Notes: generated from the sequence alone by a model not told the origin. Positions 20,391-29,785 are shown, counted from the stretch's first letter. The stretch: 64,000 nt of DNA from an uncultured virus (IMG/VR IMGVR_UViG_3300024999_000095) (IMGVR_UViG_3300024999_000095); one strand, 5' to 3'. Made by a program: numbers and translations.

Positions 20391-21335
20391 TCATCTTATA
20401 GTTCTGTCGAGCAACTCCATTATTTCGTTAGGCGTTTTCCCGACGAATTTGTTTATCAGTTGTACAGGAGTCATGTTCTGCATCGCGCCAGCCTCGTCGT
20501 GATGTGCCGCCGTTCCAGCGGGGATGTCAGAGAGACTTTTGGGTACAGACTTTCCGGTGGCTTTCTTCTCGGCCTCTGCTGCTTTCAGGGCGACTTGATC
20601 CGTTGTATCGCCAACGGGGGCAGGGTGTGCGCTCTTAAAAGCTGTTACCATGTCAATCACATCCTTAGCGGTGCCATGCTCAATGATGTTCATGTAGGCG
20701 GCTTTAATCGGGCCGGGGTGTTTGTCCACCCACTCCATGATCTCAGGTGCGGCCATAATTTCGTCAAAGTCCTTATGTGCATCCCTGATCGTGCCGAAGT
20801 GTTTCTCAGCAATCGTGTCGTTCGTGGTCTTCATTACCGGGGCAAGGTCAGCGGAGATTTGCTTCTTGAGTTCCGCCATCTCTGCCCTGAGTTCCTTGAC
20901 CACACTGGCGTTGCTATGTTCCATCAACTCCAGCAATTCCGGGAAGTCCTCTTTAACCGATTCCCTCAATGAATCCGTGGCCTCGGTCGTGCCGGTTGCT
21001 GCGTCCTGCTCCTTTGCAGCCTTCAGGCTTTCAAGAAGCGCCTCCCTCTCTGCAAGGGTATTTCTCAGAGATTCGACCTCTTCTTTCGCGGCCTTAGCTG
21101 CTTCTCTTGCCTCAACCAACTTCTCGTATTCGATGGTATGTACGCCATCTTTGGCAAGAATTACCGGCTTGACTTCTTCCTTCGGTTCTTCTTTTACTTC
21201 TTCCTTGACCTCATCAGTGTCGAGGACTGGCGGTTCCTCGATTGCTGTATCGCCATTACCCGTCAAGAAACGGGCCATCTGCTCGGGGTCGGTCAAATCT
21301 ACTGCTAACTGTTCTGCGTCCATCATGCGCTCCAT
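20391..21335 (-). CDS. Capsid scaffolding protein
   Basis: Acidic coiled-coil protein upstream of the MCP (ILAKDGVHTIEYEKL..., P.SLSDIP). Confidence 0.75.
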   Translation of the reverse strand: MERMMDAEQLAVDLTDPEQMARFLTGNGDTAIEEPPVLDTDEVKEEVKEEPKEEVKPVILAKDGVHTIEYEKLVEAREAAKAAKEEVESLRNTLAEREALLESLKAAKEQDAATGTTEATDSLRESVKEDFPELLELMEHSNASVVKELRAEMAELKKQISADLAPVMKTTNDTIAEKHFGTIRDAHKDFDEIMAAPEIMEWVDKHPGPIKAAYMNIIEHGTAKDVIDMVTAFKSAHPAPVGDTTDQVALKAAEAEKKATGKSVPKSLSDIPAGTAAHHDEAGAMQNMTPVQLINKFVGKTPNEIMELLDRTIR

Positions 21336-21370
21336 GCCAGATATCGCCCTGGCAGCATAAAGAGGTTAAA

Positions 21371-22852
21371 TTATCCTACGATGATCAAATGAATTATGTT
21401 TCCAGCGGCTACGTGCGTGCCACCGGCAAGTGTTATTCTGAGCCTGTCAGGTGCTGTGAGTTTCGTAATGGTATCGGTGAAGTACACCGGAGCACCGGCA
21501 GAGGTAAGGGCTTGTACGTTCCAGGTCACAGGGGCGAACGGCAGGGGGAAATCAATCGACCCTGACAGAAGTTCGTTCGCCGTGACGGTATGGGTAATAT
21601 TGGCAAGTCCGTCATTGGAGACAGCCGCCCCCCCGGTAGCATCTCCAACCGTACAAGCCGAAGAACTGGCCTCGACGTAGACAGAAGAATTTGAACTTGC
21701 AGGAGCATCCATCGACAGCCAAAATGCACCGGCACCGGCTGCGGCTACTGCGGTGAACGGTATGCCAGGAGTATCGTCTCCGTTGATTGCGGCAACTAAA
21801 GACGTTCTGGAGTCTGAGGCACTTGCGCCATTTGTCCAAATACCGTCAACCGCGCTTGCCGTATCTGCTTCCTGGTAGATGAATCCGCCAAGGGTGATCT
21901 TCTCACCAGCAGGGGCAACCGCAGAGAACACCATGTACTGAGCCTGGTGGACGGTACAGTTCGCTGCTGAAGTTTCGGAGATGACGAATGCCGTTGTATT
22001 CTCAGCGTCATCCCATGAGATAAAGACATCGGCTGTCCCGACTTTAACCGCCGTGAACGGGACTGTTGCCCTGGTATCTCCGTTGATTGCTGCGACAAGG
22101 GAGTCAACCGAGTTCTCAACACTTGCCCCGTTTGTCCACACGCCCGTTGCTGGTACGGCAGGGTCTGCCTCGGTGTAACTCACTCCGTTAATGATAACGG
22201 ACATTGCAGCCTCGCCAACATCTGCGAAGTGAATCATTGCAGCAGGACGGTAACTGAACAGGGTTGGGGTGGTGGTTCTCAGAGATGTATTCCCGTCTAC
22301 TCCGCTTTCCAGCCAGTACAACCAAACACCAGCGCCTGAGACGTCTGCCTTGGCAACATAGGGGAGAACCGACCTTTCATCACCGGCAAATGCGGCAAGG
22401 AGAGACGTAGCAGAGTTGGCAGCACTTGAACCATTCGTCCATGTGCCAGTTGCAGCATCTGCGGTATCAGCCTCTGGAAACTCATCCTGACCGACCCTGA
22501 CGACCATGCCAGCCTCGCCAGTGGTGTTGAAGTCGATGTATGCCCTTGCGATACCAGGCTGGAAGGAAACGGGGTTGATAACCGTCTCGGTGCCAGTTGC
22601 GCCAACATTGATACCGGTCCCTTTAATAGCGCCCTGATTCCCGGCAGCGTCCAAAACGACGAACGAATTTGCGGCAGCAACGCCAGGAGTCAGACTTGGC
22701 CCACTCAGAACCGTAAAAACGTCCGTATGTGCCTGGTAATACTTGATGCAACTGTCTTCGACCGTCCGTGCCTCGTTTATCCCCCAGACTATTTCTTCAC
22801 CGGGGGATATCATGCCCTTCGCGGACTTTAGAGCCTTTACTAGGTACGCCAT
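21371..22852 (-). CDS. Putative virion surface protein with three ~100-aa repeats (493 aa)
   Basis: EAD.A....G.WTNG.S...S..SL.AA..GD repeated three times; lies between portal and scaffold. Confidence 0.6.
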   Translation of the reverse strand: MAYLVKALKSAKGMISPGEEIVWGINEARTVEDSCIKYYQAHTDVFTVLSGPSLTPGVAAANSFVVLDAAGNQGAIKGTGINVGATGTETVINPVSFQPGIARAYIDFNTTGEAGMVVRVGQDEFPEADTADAATGTWTNGSSAANSATSLLAAFAGDERSVLPYVAKADVSGAGVWLYWLESGVDGNTSLRTTTPTLFSYRPAAMIHFADVGEAAMSVIINGVSYTEADPAVPATGVWTNGASVENSVDSLVAAINGDTRATVPFTAVKVGTADVFISWDDAENTTAFVISETSAANCTVHQAQYMVFSAVAPAGEKITLGGFIYQEADTASAVDGIWTNGASASDSRTSLVAAINGDDTPGIPFTAVAAAGAGAFWLSMDAPASSNSSVYVEASSSACTVGDATGGAAVSNDGLANITHTVTANELLSGSIDFPLPFAPVTWNVQALTSAGAPVYFTDTITKLTAPDRLRITLAGGTHVAAGNIIHLIIVG

Positions 22853-22862
22853 TTAATTCTCC

Positions 22863-25040
22863 TTATCGTTGAACGCCTTCGGCCTCTATGCCAGTCATAG
22901 CCCCCCCGGTCGGTTGCGTCTCTTCAAGTGCTGGCGCAACCGGAGTTACTACGTCAGGTTCTTGTATTCTCGGTGGAAACATCGGTGATGTGTTCTGCTG
23001 TATATCAGTTGTCCCAGGATCAACCGGAATTGCGCCTTGCTGCATCCCGGTGACAGGCGCTACAATCGGGTCTGCGTCCATATCTTCCCCGCCCGACGAC
23101 TTCAGTACCTGATCGGCGACAGGGACGACTTGCGGCATGGTGACAATCTGGACACCAGCCTGAACCGCTGAGTAAATCGCCTCGATCCGGTCGATGACCT
23201 GTTTGGTGACAAGGGAAGATATCTGCGCGTCGGCAAGTTTCTCCTTGATATCAAGCTCTCTTGTCTTCGCCTCGACCTCTGGATTGGGCGCATTGGTCAA
23301 GTTTCTGACAGCCTCGGCAAGTTCCTTCTTGTTCGGCGCGTTCGTCAGGTCAAAGATATGGGGGAATGCAAGTTCCTGGTATTTCTCCGGCATCGACTTG
23401 ACAATCTCCGCTAAAGAGGTCAACTGTTGCGCCTTGTAAGACGGTGTACTCGGAACCTCTGAGAGCGTGACCTTCAGTTTCGTGCGCTGGACATCGTTGG
23501 TTAAGAAATCGCCTTCCGGTTTGTTCAGGACAATGGTCTTTTCAGGGTTGATTGCTGTGCCGGGGATAGTGACCTCTTCCATTTCCATCGAGTCTTCTAT
23601 CAGCAGGGACAGAAGAACGTCTCCCACCTCAGCCCTTGCAAAAGCAAAGTTGTCGTTCAGGTCAGGAAGACCCTGTACAGATTGCTCTGCAAGACGGTTT
23701 AAATCGCCCGGAGACATGCCAGCTTTGTTACCCTGCATGTATGCCTCGGCAATGCGAGAAACACGCTTCAGGGCTTCTCTAGCGTCTACTAGACGGTCGT
23801 ATTGCTGTTGGGTCAGGGCTGAGTTGTCCTGGATCTCGAAAGTTGCCCCAGGTTTCGCCATTTCCGTCTGATCGAGGATGATATCAGCGTCACTCCTGCC
23901 GACCATGCTTCGAAAAACCTCGTCAGTGTCAAAGACCGCGCCCTCGGTTCGGATGGTCCGAGTAGCACCAAGCATCCATTGCATTTTGCTGGTCCTGGCG
24001 TTGATCTCGTCTTGCAGGTACATCATGCCCCTGGCAAGTGCGTAAGGGACGTTCGTTCGGTCTTCCCTCTTGCCCCAAAACGGAATATACTTAAACTTGC
24101 CGTGTTTATACGGACTGGGACCGTCATAAAGTCTGTGAGGACCAAGAAACCATGCGAGTCTGACCTTGCTGATATTCGCCTCTATCAGTGGGACTCCTAC
24201 GGCTGCTGCCTGAAGGTGGAGGGGATTCTTCTTGTCGTATTCCAAGATTCGCCCGTCTCTCATTTTCAAGACCAAGGCCCGTTCCCAGACCCGATACCAG
24301 ACCTCAAACAGACACGCCCGGTTGTTGGCACCGTCCCGCCATTCCTGCTCCTCAATTGACCACCCGCGCTCGATACCCATAGAAAGTTCTGTACTAGACC
24401 CACCATCGGTCAAGTAAGAACTCAGAGAATCGACACTCTGCCAACTCGTTACCGCCCCCCTGATAAGTTTCTCTTTGCCGGGGAACATCAATACGGCTTG
24501 GTCAACTGGGGTCCACTTTCTCCTGACCAGATACCTTGCATCTGAAAGGTCGTCCTGTTTCGCCAGGAAGTCCCACCAGATTTCATTCCGATGAATCGCT
24601 AAACACCGATATGGATACTTGAACGGGTCTGGTTCGCGGTCAACCTCTACCCATCCCAGCCCTACAGAGATTTGTGATTTATACGCCTTGGAACATGCCA
24701 AGTCAGCTTTGCTCATTCGTTCTGCCTGGTTCAGCTTGAAAGCGAATGCCTCTGCTACAGCCTCGCCTTCATCATCTTTTTTATCAGAACCTACCAGCCA
24801 ATCCCTTCTATTCAGCGCCTCGATCCCGCAAAGAGAGTCAATCACCCCCCCCATCAGCGGCTCTATCGAAGGCGGAATCCCTTTCTCCCTCTGTGCCAGC
24901 AGGACGGCAGCGTCTAACTGGTTGCCGTCTATGTAGTCCATTTCTTTGTCTGCTCTGCTTCTCCATGCTGGCTGATTGAAGATTTCTTCCAGCCAATTTG
25001 TAAAGATCTCAAGCGTACATTCTTTCATGCGACTCTCCAA
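22863..25040 (-). CDS. Portal protein (P22-like)
   Basis: YIDGNQL...GLGWVEV...DDLSDARY...YIPFWG...QDEINAR motifs; directly after TerL. Confidence 0.85.
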   Translation of the reverse strand: MESRMKECTLEIFTNWLEEIFNQPAWRSRADKEMDYIDGNQLDAAVLLAQREKGIPPSIEPLMGGVIDSLCGIEALNRRDWLVGSDKKDDEGEAVAEAFAFKLNQAERMSKADLACSKAYKSQISVGLGWVEVDREPDPFKYPYRCLAIHRNEIWWDFLAKQDDLSDARYLVRRKWTPVDQAVLMFPGKEKLIRGAVTSWQSVDSLSSYLTDGGSSTELSMGIERGWSIEEQEWRDGANNRACLFEVWYRVWERALVLKMRDGRILEYDKKNPLHLQAAAVGVPLIEANISKVRLAWFLGPHRLYDGPSPYKHGKFKYIPFWGKREDRTNVPYALARGMMYLQDEINARTSKMQWMLGATRTIRTEGAVFDTDEVFRSMVGRSDADIILDQTEMAKPGATFEIQDNSALTQQQYDRLVDAREALKRVSRIAEAYMQGNKAGMSPGDLNRLAEQSVQGLPDLNDNFAFARAEVGDVLLSLLIEDSMEMEEVTIPGTAINPEKTIVLNKPEGDFLTNDVQRTKLKVTLSEVPSTPSYKAQQLTSLAEIVKSMPEKYQELAFPHIFDLTNAPNKKELAEAVRNLTNAPNPEVEAKTRELDIKEKLADAQISSLVTKQVIDRIEAIYSAVQAGVQIVTMPQVVPVADQVLKSSGGEDMDADPIVAPVTGMQQGAIPVDPGTTDIQQNTSPMFPPRIQEPDVVTPVAPALEETQPTGGAMTGIEAEGVQR

Positions 25041-26302
25041 TTAACCGGAGGGGGGATTCGTCTCTGTCGCTTTATCTCGTTTCTCATGGACCCCTCATTA
25101 CAGGCTATGTATCGGAAACAATCGGCACCGTGACTGTGCTCGTCATGCAACGGAGCACCTGCGGTCTGTGTGGTGCGATTGATTGACCTCTTGTACCGCT
25201 TCAAATGCTCAACCAACTTCCCGGTTTTCTTCTTGTCGAAGTACGTTCTCGCCAGCATCATTCGGGCAAGCCTGATCCCGCCCTCAACGTCAACCTCGAT
25301 AATCGACTCTCTACCAGGCACAACCCAGCCAAGAGCGGTAAACGTATCAGCGCAGGTCTTGCCACCTGATGCTATGTTCCCTGAAAAACCATCGTGAGGC
25401 AGGAACACCCCCCCCCAGTTGTATTCTCGTTTCTTTAACTGAATCGAATACCAGTCAAGGGTTTTATGGTCGCCCTCAAGGTAGTCAATGACTCTCACTT
25501 CGCTCAGGTTCCGCTGCACCATCGCAATCGAAAGAGTATCGTTCCAGCCAAGGTCAACAACGACATGCACCTTCAGAATCGGATCGTAGGGGACATTGCA
25601 AATTCTGCCCTCATCCTGTGCCGCCTGCATCTCGTCGTAGTAAATCGCACCCTCTGCTGCCGGTCTGCATTTCCCTTCCCAGATGTTGGGGTAGTCTTTC
25701 GGGTAGTGTTTCTGGCAATGAAGACGTTTGCGTTCCTGTATCTCGTTATGCCAAGGGTTATCAGAGTAATTCACCTGCACTATTATGCAGTCTTCAGGTG
25801 TGTTGATTGCAAAATACTGGTGGATTGGGTCGGTATCCAAATCAGGGTTGTATGTGACCCATATCTCTGATCCATCTTTACGAATGGTCGGTATTAAAAT
25901 CTGTAGTGATTTGGTTGATATGCTCTGCCCCTCTTCAATCCAACAGATGTCAGCACCCTCAAAAGATTTTATAGAGTCTGCCGTCAAGGTGGAAAGACCG
26001 GAGAAGGTAATAAGCGTGTCGTTCTTTCTGCCCCTTATTTCATTGTCAAGGACATCGTAATAGTCCTCCAACTGCATCAGTTTTATCTGATCCGACAACA
26101 ACCGATGCACCGAGTTCTTGATTGACTCCTGCACCTCACGGACGCAGATGATACGCTTAGACGATGACGTTCCTAATACCAGCAGCGCCCTGGCGAACGA
26201 CCAGCTCTTCCCGCTCGATCTACCACCTTTTGCCACCTTGTATTCGTGAGGCTCAAAGAGGAACCTGAGCTTGTCGGGGATGTCTACGGCTAGTTCTGAC
26301 AA
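25025..26302 (-). CDS. Terminase large subunit (PBSX-type)
   Basis: Walker A GGRSSGKS, Walker B WIEEG, RNase H-like DLGWND and HGADCFRY. Confidence 0.92.
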   Translation of the reverse strand: MSELAVDIPDKLRFLFEPHEYKVAKGGRSSGKSWSFARALLVLGTSSSKRIICVREVQESIKNSVHRLLSDQIKLMQLEDYYDVLDNEIRGRKNDTLITFSGLSTLTADSIKSFEGADICWIEEGQSISTKSLQILIPTIRKDGSEIWVTYNPDLDTDPIHQYFAINTPEDCIIVQVNYSDNPWHNEIQERKRLHCQKHYPKDYPNIWEGKCRPAAEGAIYYDEMQAAQDEGRICNVPYDPILKVHVVVDLGWNDTLSIAMVQRNLSEVRVIDYLEGDHKTLDWYSIQLKKREYNWGGVFLPHDGFSGNIASGGKTCADTFTALGWVVPGRESIIEVDVEGGIRLARMMLARTYFDKKKTGKLVEHLKRYKRSINRTTQTAGAPLHDEHSHGADCFRYIACNEGSMRNEIKRQRRIPPPVNWRVA

Positions 26303-26476
26303 TCAATCACTCCAAACATCTTCACCGCCAGCGGCTAAGTACACCGACATAAGTCTCTCGCGTAGCGCAGGAAGACTTTCTCGCAATGCCTTAAGGTGCA
26401 ACGCAGGGTGTAATTGCATCGACATGGCTGCGATAATGTTTTCAAGGTCATCAATCACTTCGGCTATCTCTTCCAT
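26303..26476 (-). CDS. Small hypothetical protein (57 aa, MEEIAEVIDDLENI...)
   Basis: Manually translated ORF below the track cut-off; its stop abuts the TerL start. Confidence 0.5.
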   Translation of the reverse strand: MEEIAEVIDDLENIIAAMSMQLHPALHLKALRESLPALRERLMSVYLAAGGEDVWSD

Positions 26477-26491
26477 CTATTCACTCATCTC

Positions 26492-26547
26492 TTTGCGGCC
26501 AGCCCCAGGCAAGGACGGTGGGTCTGCTTCGCCGCACTATTGCGGTT
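26492..26547 (-). repeat. Intergenic repeat element, copy A
   Basis: TTTGCGGCCAGCCC-N25-GCCGCACTATTGCGGTT. Confidence 0.7.
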
Positions 26548-26731
26548 ATTCCGTGACATGCACCACACTCAGAACGTCATTAATTACCCAACCTGCGATG
26601 GTGGACGACTTGATGAGCAGGTCGTGCGTGTCGATCTGGGGGTGATAGGCCAGGACAGTCTCAACTATCTTCAGGCGTAGGGTCTGCTCGTGCTGCTTGT
26701 CTACCATTTCTATCTCTGTCATGTGATTCAC
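26546..26731 (-). CDS. Small hypothetical protein
   Basis: ORF bracketed by the two repeat copies. Confidence 0.5.
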   Translation of the reverse strand: MNHMTEIEMVDKQHEQTLRLKIVETVLAYHPQIDTHDLLIKSSTIAGWVINDVLSVVHVTE

Positions 26732-26748
26732 TCGGTTGTGGTTACTCT

Positions 26749-26803
26749 TTTGCGGCCAGCCCTTATGTCGGCTTGCTATCTTGTTGCCGCACTATTGGCG
26801 GTT
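26749..26803 (-). repeat. Intergenic repeat element, copy B
   Basis: TTTGCGGCCAGCCC-N23-GCCGCACTATTGGCGGTT. Confidence 0.7.
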
Positions 26804-26805
26804 TC

Positions 26806-27198
26806 TCATGCCCTATCCTGAATGTCTACGTCAGGACGGATGCAACCAATTACCTCGTTAGCCAGATAGTCGGCCAGGTACGCGATGACCTCAGAGTTCT
26901 CTATGCTGATCGGGATACCCCGTGCCTCGCATATCTGATGGGCCATGTGGATGCACTCGTGAAAGATTACCCGGATGCTGTGATTCCGCAGAACCAACAC
27001 GAAGTAGGGGCAACCATCTTGACCCATTAAGACGCACGACCGGCCATTGTCATCCCACGCCTCTTCAATGCCGCAATCGTCAAGGAAGGCATTACTCTTC
27101 ACGAAATGGGCGAAGTGCTTCCTCTTGTGCAGGACGAGAATCTGCATGCCGTGGAAAAAGTCTATGGCGATGATCGGGGCGGACTTCTTGGCTCTCAT
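26806..27198 (-). CDS. Small HEXXH zincin-like protein (130 aa)
   Basis: IFHECIHMAH followed by SEVIAYL. Confidence 0.55.
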   Translation of the reverse strand: MRAKKSAPIIAIDFFHGMQILVLHKRKHFAHFVKSNAFLDDCGIEEAWDDNGRSCVLMGQDGCPYFVLVLRNHSIRVIFHECIHMAHQICEARGIPISIENSEVIAYLADYLANEVIGCIRPDVDIQDRA

Positions 27199-27519
27199 AA
27201 ACGACTCAGCGGAAAATTATAAATCGCTCCCTATGATGAAGGGAGGGTGCAACCGGCGAGCGCCCCCCCCCCTATCGACTTTTGGCCCATCATCCTGACC
27301 CATACATGACCCCGAATCTGGGCAAAAACCACCTCGATACCCATTTTCAGATCGCGTATCATATCGCATGGTTAGTCAACTTGCTCCACTACAGATATAC
27401 CGACAATAGCGGGCAGGTTGAGAATGCTTCCTGTATGTGTTAGGCAGTACGACCCGACACAATGGACGACTGATATATAATCAGTTGTTCTATATGCGCC
27501 ATGCCTTGCTACCATTGAG

Positions 27520-28167
27520 TTACAGGTCATCATCTGCTTCAGTGGTTGCGGATATTTGCGGCAGTGGGGTTCCGTCGCACTCGATCACCGGCTGAGATGG
27601 TACGGGAGGCAGGGCACTGACCAGGCGGATGGATATGGCCTCGATCTCGGTGCGGCCACTGTTCCGATTGTCATTTTTGCTTTCAGTCCGGGTGTTTACG
27701 TGGTTGTGGTGGTTGACTGCATCGAAGATATAGACGCTCCGGTCCATCGCTCCTGCTGCTGCTGCCTGGAACTTATAGTCCTGCATCCTCAACTGTGTGC
27801 TTTTTGACACACCCGAAAACGCTTCACCTCGCCGCTCGATCTCATTCCATAAATCCTTGGAATACATACCGATGTGGTATTGCAGTCCAGCTACCGTGGG
27901 CAGGAACCCGACCTCAGCGCACTGTGCGAAGTACGAGTCCACCGCATCCTGCAACTCTTCTGGTGTCTCATATATAGGTGGTCGTCCTGTCCTGACACAT
28001 GCGCCGATCTTCTTCAGTGTCTCACGCCGTGCATCTAGCTCTTCTGGTGATATGGCAGGCTGGGGGCTTGGCTTGCGTAGTCTGGGCTGCTTGGAAGCCT
28101 TCTTATTGCGCCGTGCCGTCATGGTCTGCATCACCCTTTGATCCCGTAGCCCTGAGCACTCATCCAC
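27520..28167 (-). CDS. Terminase small subunit (P22 gp3-like); real start probably a downstream Met
   Basis: GRPPIYETPEELQDAVDSYF...PTVAGL motif; upstream of TerL. Confidence 0.8.
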   Translation of the reverse strand: MDECSGLRDQRVMQTMTARRNKKASKQPRLRKPSPQPAISPEELDARRETLKKIGACVRTGRPPIYETPEELQDAVDSYFAQCAEVGFLPTVAGLQYHIGMYSKDLWNEIERRGEAFSGVSKSTQLRMQDYKFQAAAAGAMDRSVYIFDAVNHHNHVNTRTESKNDNRNSGRTEIEAISIRLVSALPPVPSQPVIECDGTPLPQISATTEADDDL

Positions 28168-28857
28168 TCACCGGCCTTGGTCATAGTTTCCTCGTACTCA
28201 TCAGGACTCATCGTATACCCGCAGCCGCACACATACTCCTGCGCTATTTGCTCCAGTGCGCTCTCACAGTCTGGGCACATAGGCCGGATGGTTGCTGTGG
28301 TTGGGGTGATTCTTAGTGCTACCTCTATGTATTTGTCAGGCATATGCTTCCTTAGCATCTCTCGTTGCAACTCGCGTAGGTTGTAGACTGGTCTTGTGCC
28401 CTCTGGCATATCAGTCCTTATTTATCAGGTCTTCGTATCGCTCGGAGAGTATCGCGCCGGGGTATGCTTTCTCTGGCACTCCATACATAACCGCCGCTAT
28501 TGCTTGGTTAATAGCCTGTCGGTCTTCGGCTGTCTCGTCATCCCTGGCATCAATAATGCTAACTCCGTAGTTCTCATTGTCGAACACCACTGGGCAGGCA
28601 GAGAACAGGTGGCCACTCATCAGTGCCATAACAGCGCGGCTGAATCGACCCTCACCAGCACATGCAGCATCTTCGCCCGATTGTGTGCGTATGACTGTTT
28701 CAGCGTTCAATCCTTGGTTGCTCTGTGCATCATCCATCACGGCATCGCACGTAGAATATACCTTGCCGTACCAGTCTGCTGAGTCTTCCCGGTCTATCGC
28801 ATCATCAGCCCATGCCACAGCCTCAGCCACGGTCATAATATCTTCTATATCCGTCAT
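28131..28857 (-). CDS. Two hypothetical proteins (28131-28409 with Zn-ribbon; 28411-28857)
   Basis: Tightly packed ORFs; CPDC/CGC motifs in the first. Confidence 0.5.
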
Positions 28858-29023
28858 AGCCGCTCGTCCTCGTATGGATGGGGGATGTCTATAGCTCCCC
28901 ATGAGTTCGATGCCTGCCAAGTCCATGAAGTCCCGTTATCCTCAGATACCCCAATTTCACCATCCCAACTCAGACCCGACATAGTGTCGCTCATGACGGC
29001 ACCAGAGGTCGGACCATGTTCTT

Positions 29024-29098
29024 TGGAGCCGCCAGCAGGATTTGAACCCACAACACCCAGGGTACAGGCCTGGTGTTCTTCCGTTGAACTATGACGGC
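29024..29098 (-). tRNA. tRNA-Thr(UGU) with atypical anticodon loop CCUGUAC
   Basis: GCCGTCA/TGGCGGC acceptor, encoded CCA, CCAGG/CCTGG anticodon stem, TTCAAAT T-loop. Confidence 0.8.
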
Positions 29099-29337
29099 TG
29101 TCCCACTTGATTGCGTCAAACCTTTCCCGGTAAGCATCGTTGGGGTATCGTGTATAGATCGAGCCTTTGTTAATCTGCATCAGTCCTCTCGCTCCCAATC
29201 ATTCCGAAACCTTGTCCATTCGTCGCCGCCATCCATATCATCTAATGGATCATGCGCGTAGTCCCGGCCTGTTTCATCCATTCTTTCGTCAGGCAGGTCG
29301 CTGAATATATCAACTAAATCCTTCACTTACTTCCCTT

Positions 29338-29424
29338 TGGTGGAGCCATGAGGGGTCGAACCTCAAACCTATTCGGTACTGCCGGGTTACAGCCGGGTGC
29401 CTTAGCCAATTCAGCCATGTCTCC
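29338..29424 (-). tRNA. tRNA-Tyr(GUA)
   Basis: Cloverleaf with CTGTAAC loop, long variable arm, A discriminator and CCA. Confidence 0.85.
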
Positions 29425-29427
29425 ATT

Positions 29428-29503
29428 TGGTGCCCCTGAGAGGATTTGAACCTCTAAAACACTGGGTCTAAGCCAGCTCTCTTTGCCGTTTGAGTACAAG
29501 GGC
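29428..29503 (-). tRNA. tRNA-Leu(UAG) with a short variable loop
   Basis: GCCCTTG/CAGGGGC acceptor, GCTGG-CTTAGAC-CCAGT arm, 5-nt variable loop, A discriminator and CCA. Confidence 0.85.
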
Positions 29504-29513
29504 TTTGCTACTC

Positions 29514-29599
29514 TGGCGGAAGATAGACGAATCGAACGCCCTGGTTTAACCCAGCCTCGGTTTTCAAGACCGATTGCCGCCCATGCAGCGGTATCTTCC
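29514..29599 (-). tRNA. tRNA-Ser(UGA) with 8/4 (tRNA-Sec-like) fold
   Basis: GGAAGATA/TATCTTCC 8-bp acceptor, GCTGC-ATGG-GCGGC D arm, TCGGT-CTTGAAA-ACCGA, long variable arm, 4-bp T stem, G discriminator and CCA. Confidence 0.8.
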
Positions 29600-29602
29600 A
29601 CT

Positions 29603-29690
29603 TGGCGGAAGGTACAGGATTTGAACCTGTGCAACGTCTCCGTTGACCTATGATTAGCAATCATGTGCTATACCTCTCAGCCAACCTTCC
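29603..29690 (-). tRNA. tRNA-Ser(GCU)
   Basis: GGAAGGT/ACCTTCC acceptor, TTGCTAA loop, CAACG-GAGA-CGTTG variable arm, G discriminator and CCA. Confidence 0.88.
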
Positions 29691-29718
29691 TATCTCTCTT
29701 TTTTCTTCATACCCTATA

Positions 29719-29747
29719 ATTATATCATTTTCTAACAATCTATGCAA
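29719..29747 (-). promoter_or_regulatory. Sigma70-type promoter for the tRNA cluster
   Basis: TTGCAT-17 nt-TATAAT with extended TG. Confidence 0.75.
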
Positions 29748-29785
29748 TACATTTTTGTGTTAGGCAGTAAAGAAAAAAATATAGG

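Noticed and set aside
19397..21360. Long plus-strand ORFs opposite the capsid and scaffold genes
   Set aside because: Antisense shadows caused by codon bias; no SD or recognisable motifs.
29514..29599. Possible selenocysteine or opal-suppressor tRNA / genetic-code change
   Set aside because: The anticodon is UGA (reads UCA, Ser), not UCA. All three stop codons end genes normally in this genome.
28854..29664. ORFs 28854-29198 and 29323-29664
   Set aside because: They run through tRNA genes, which explain the sequence better.
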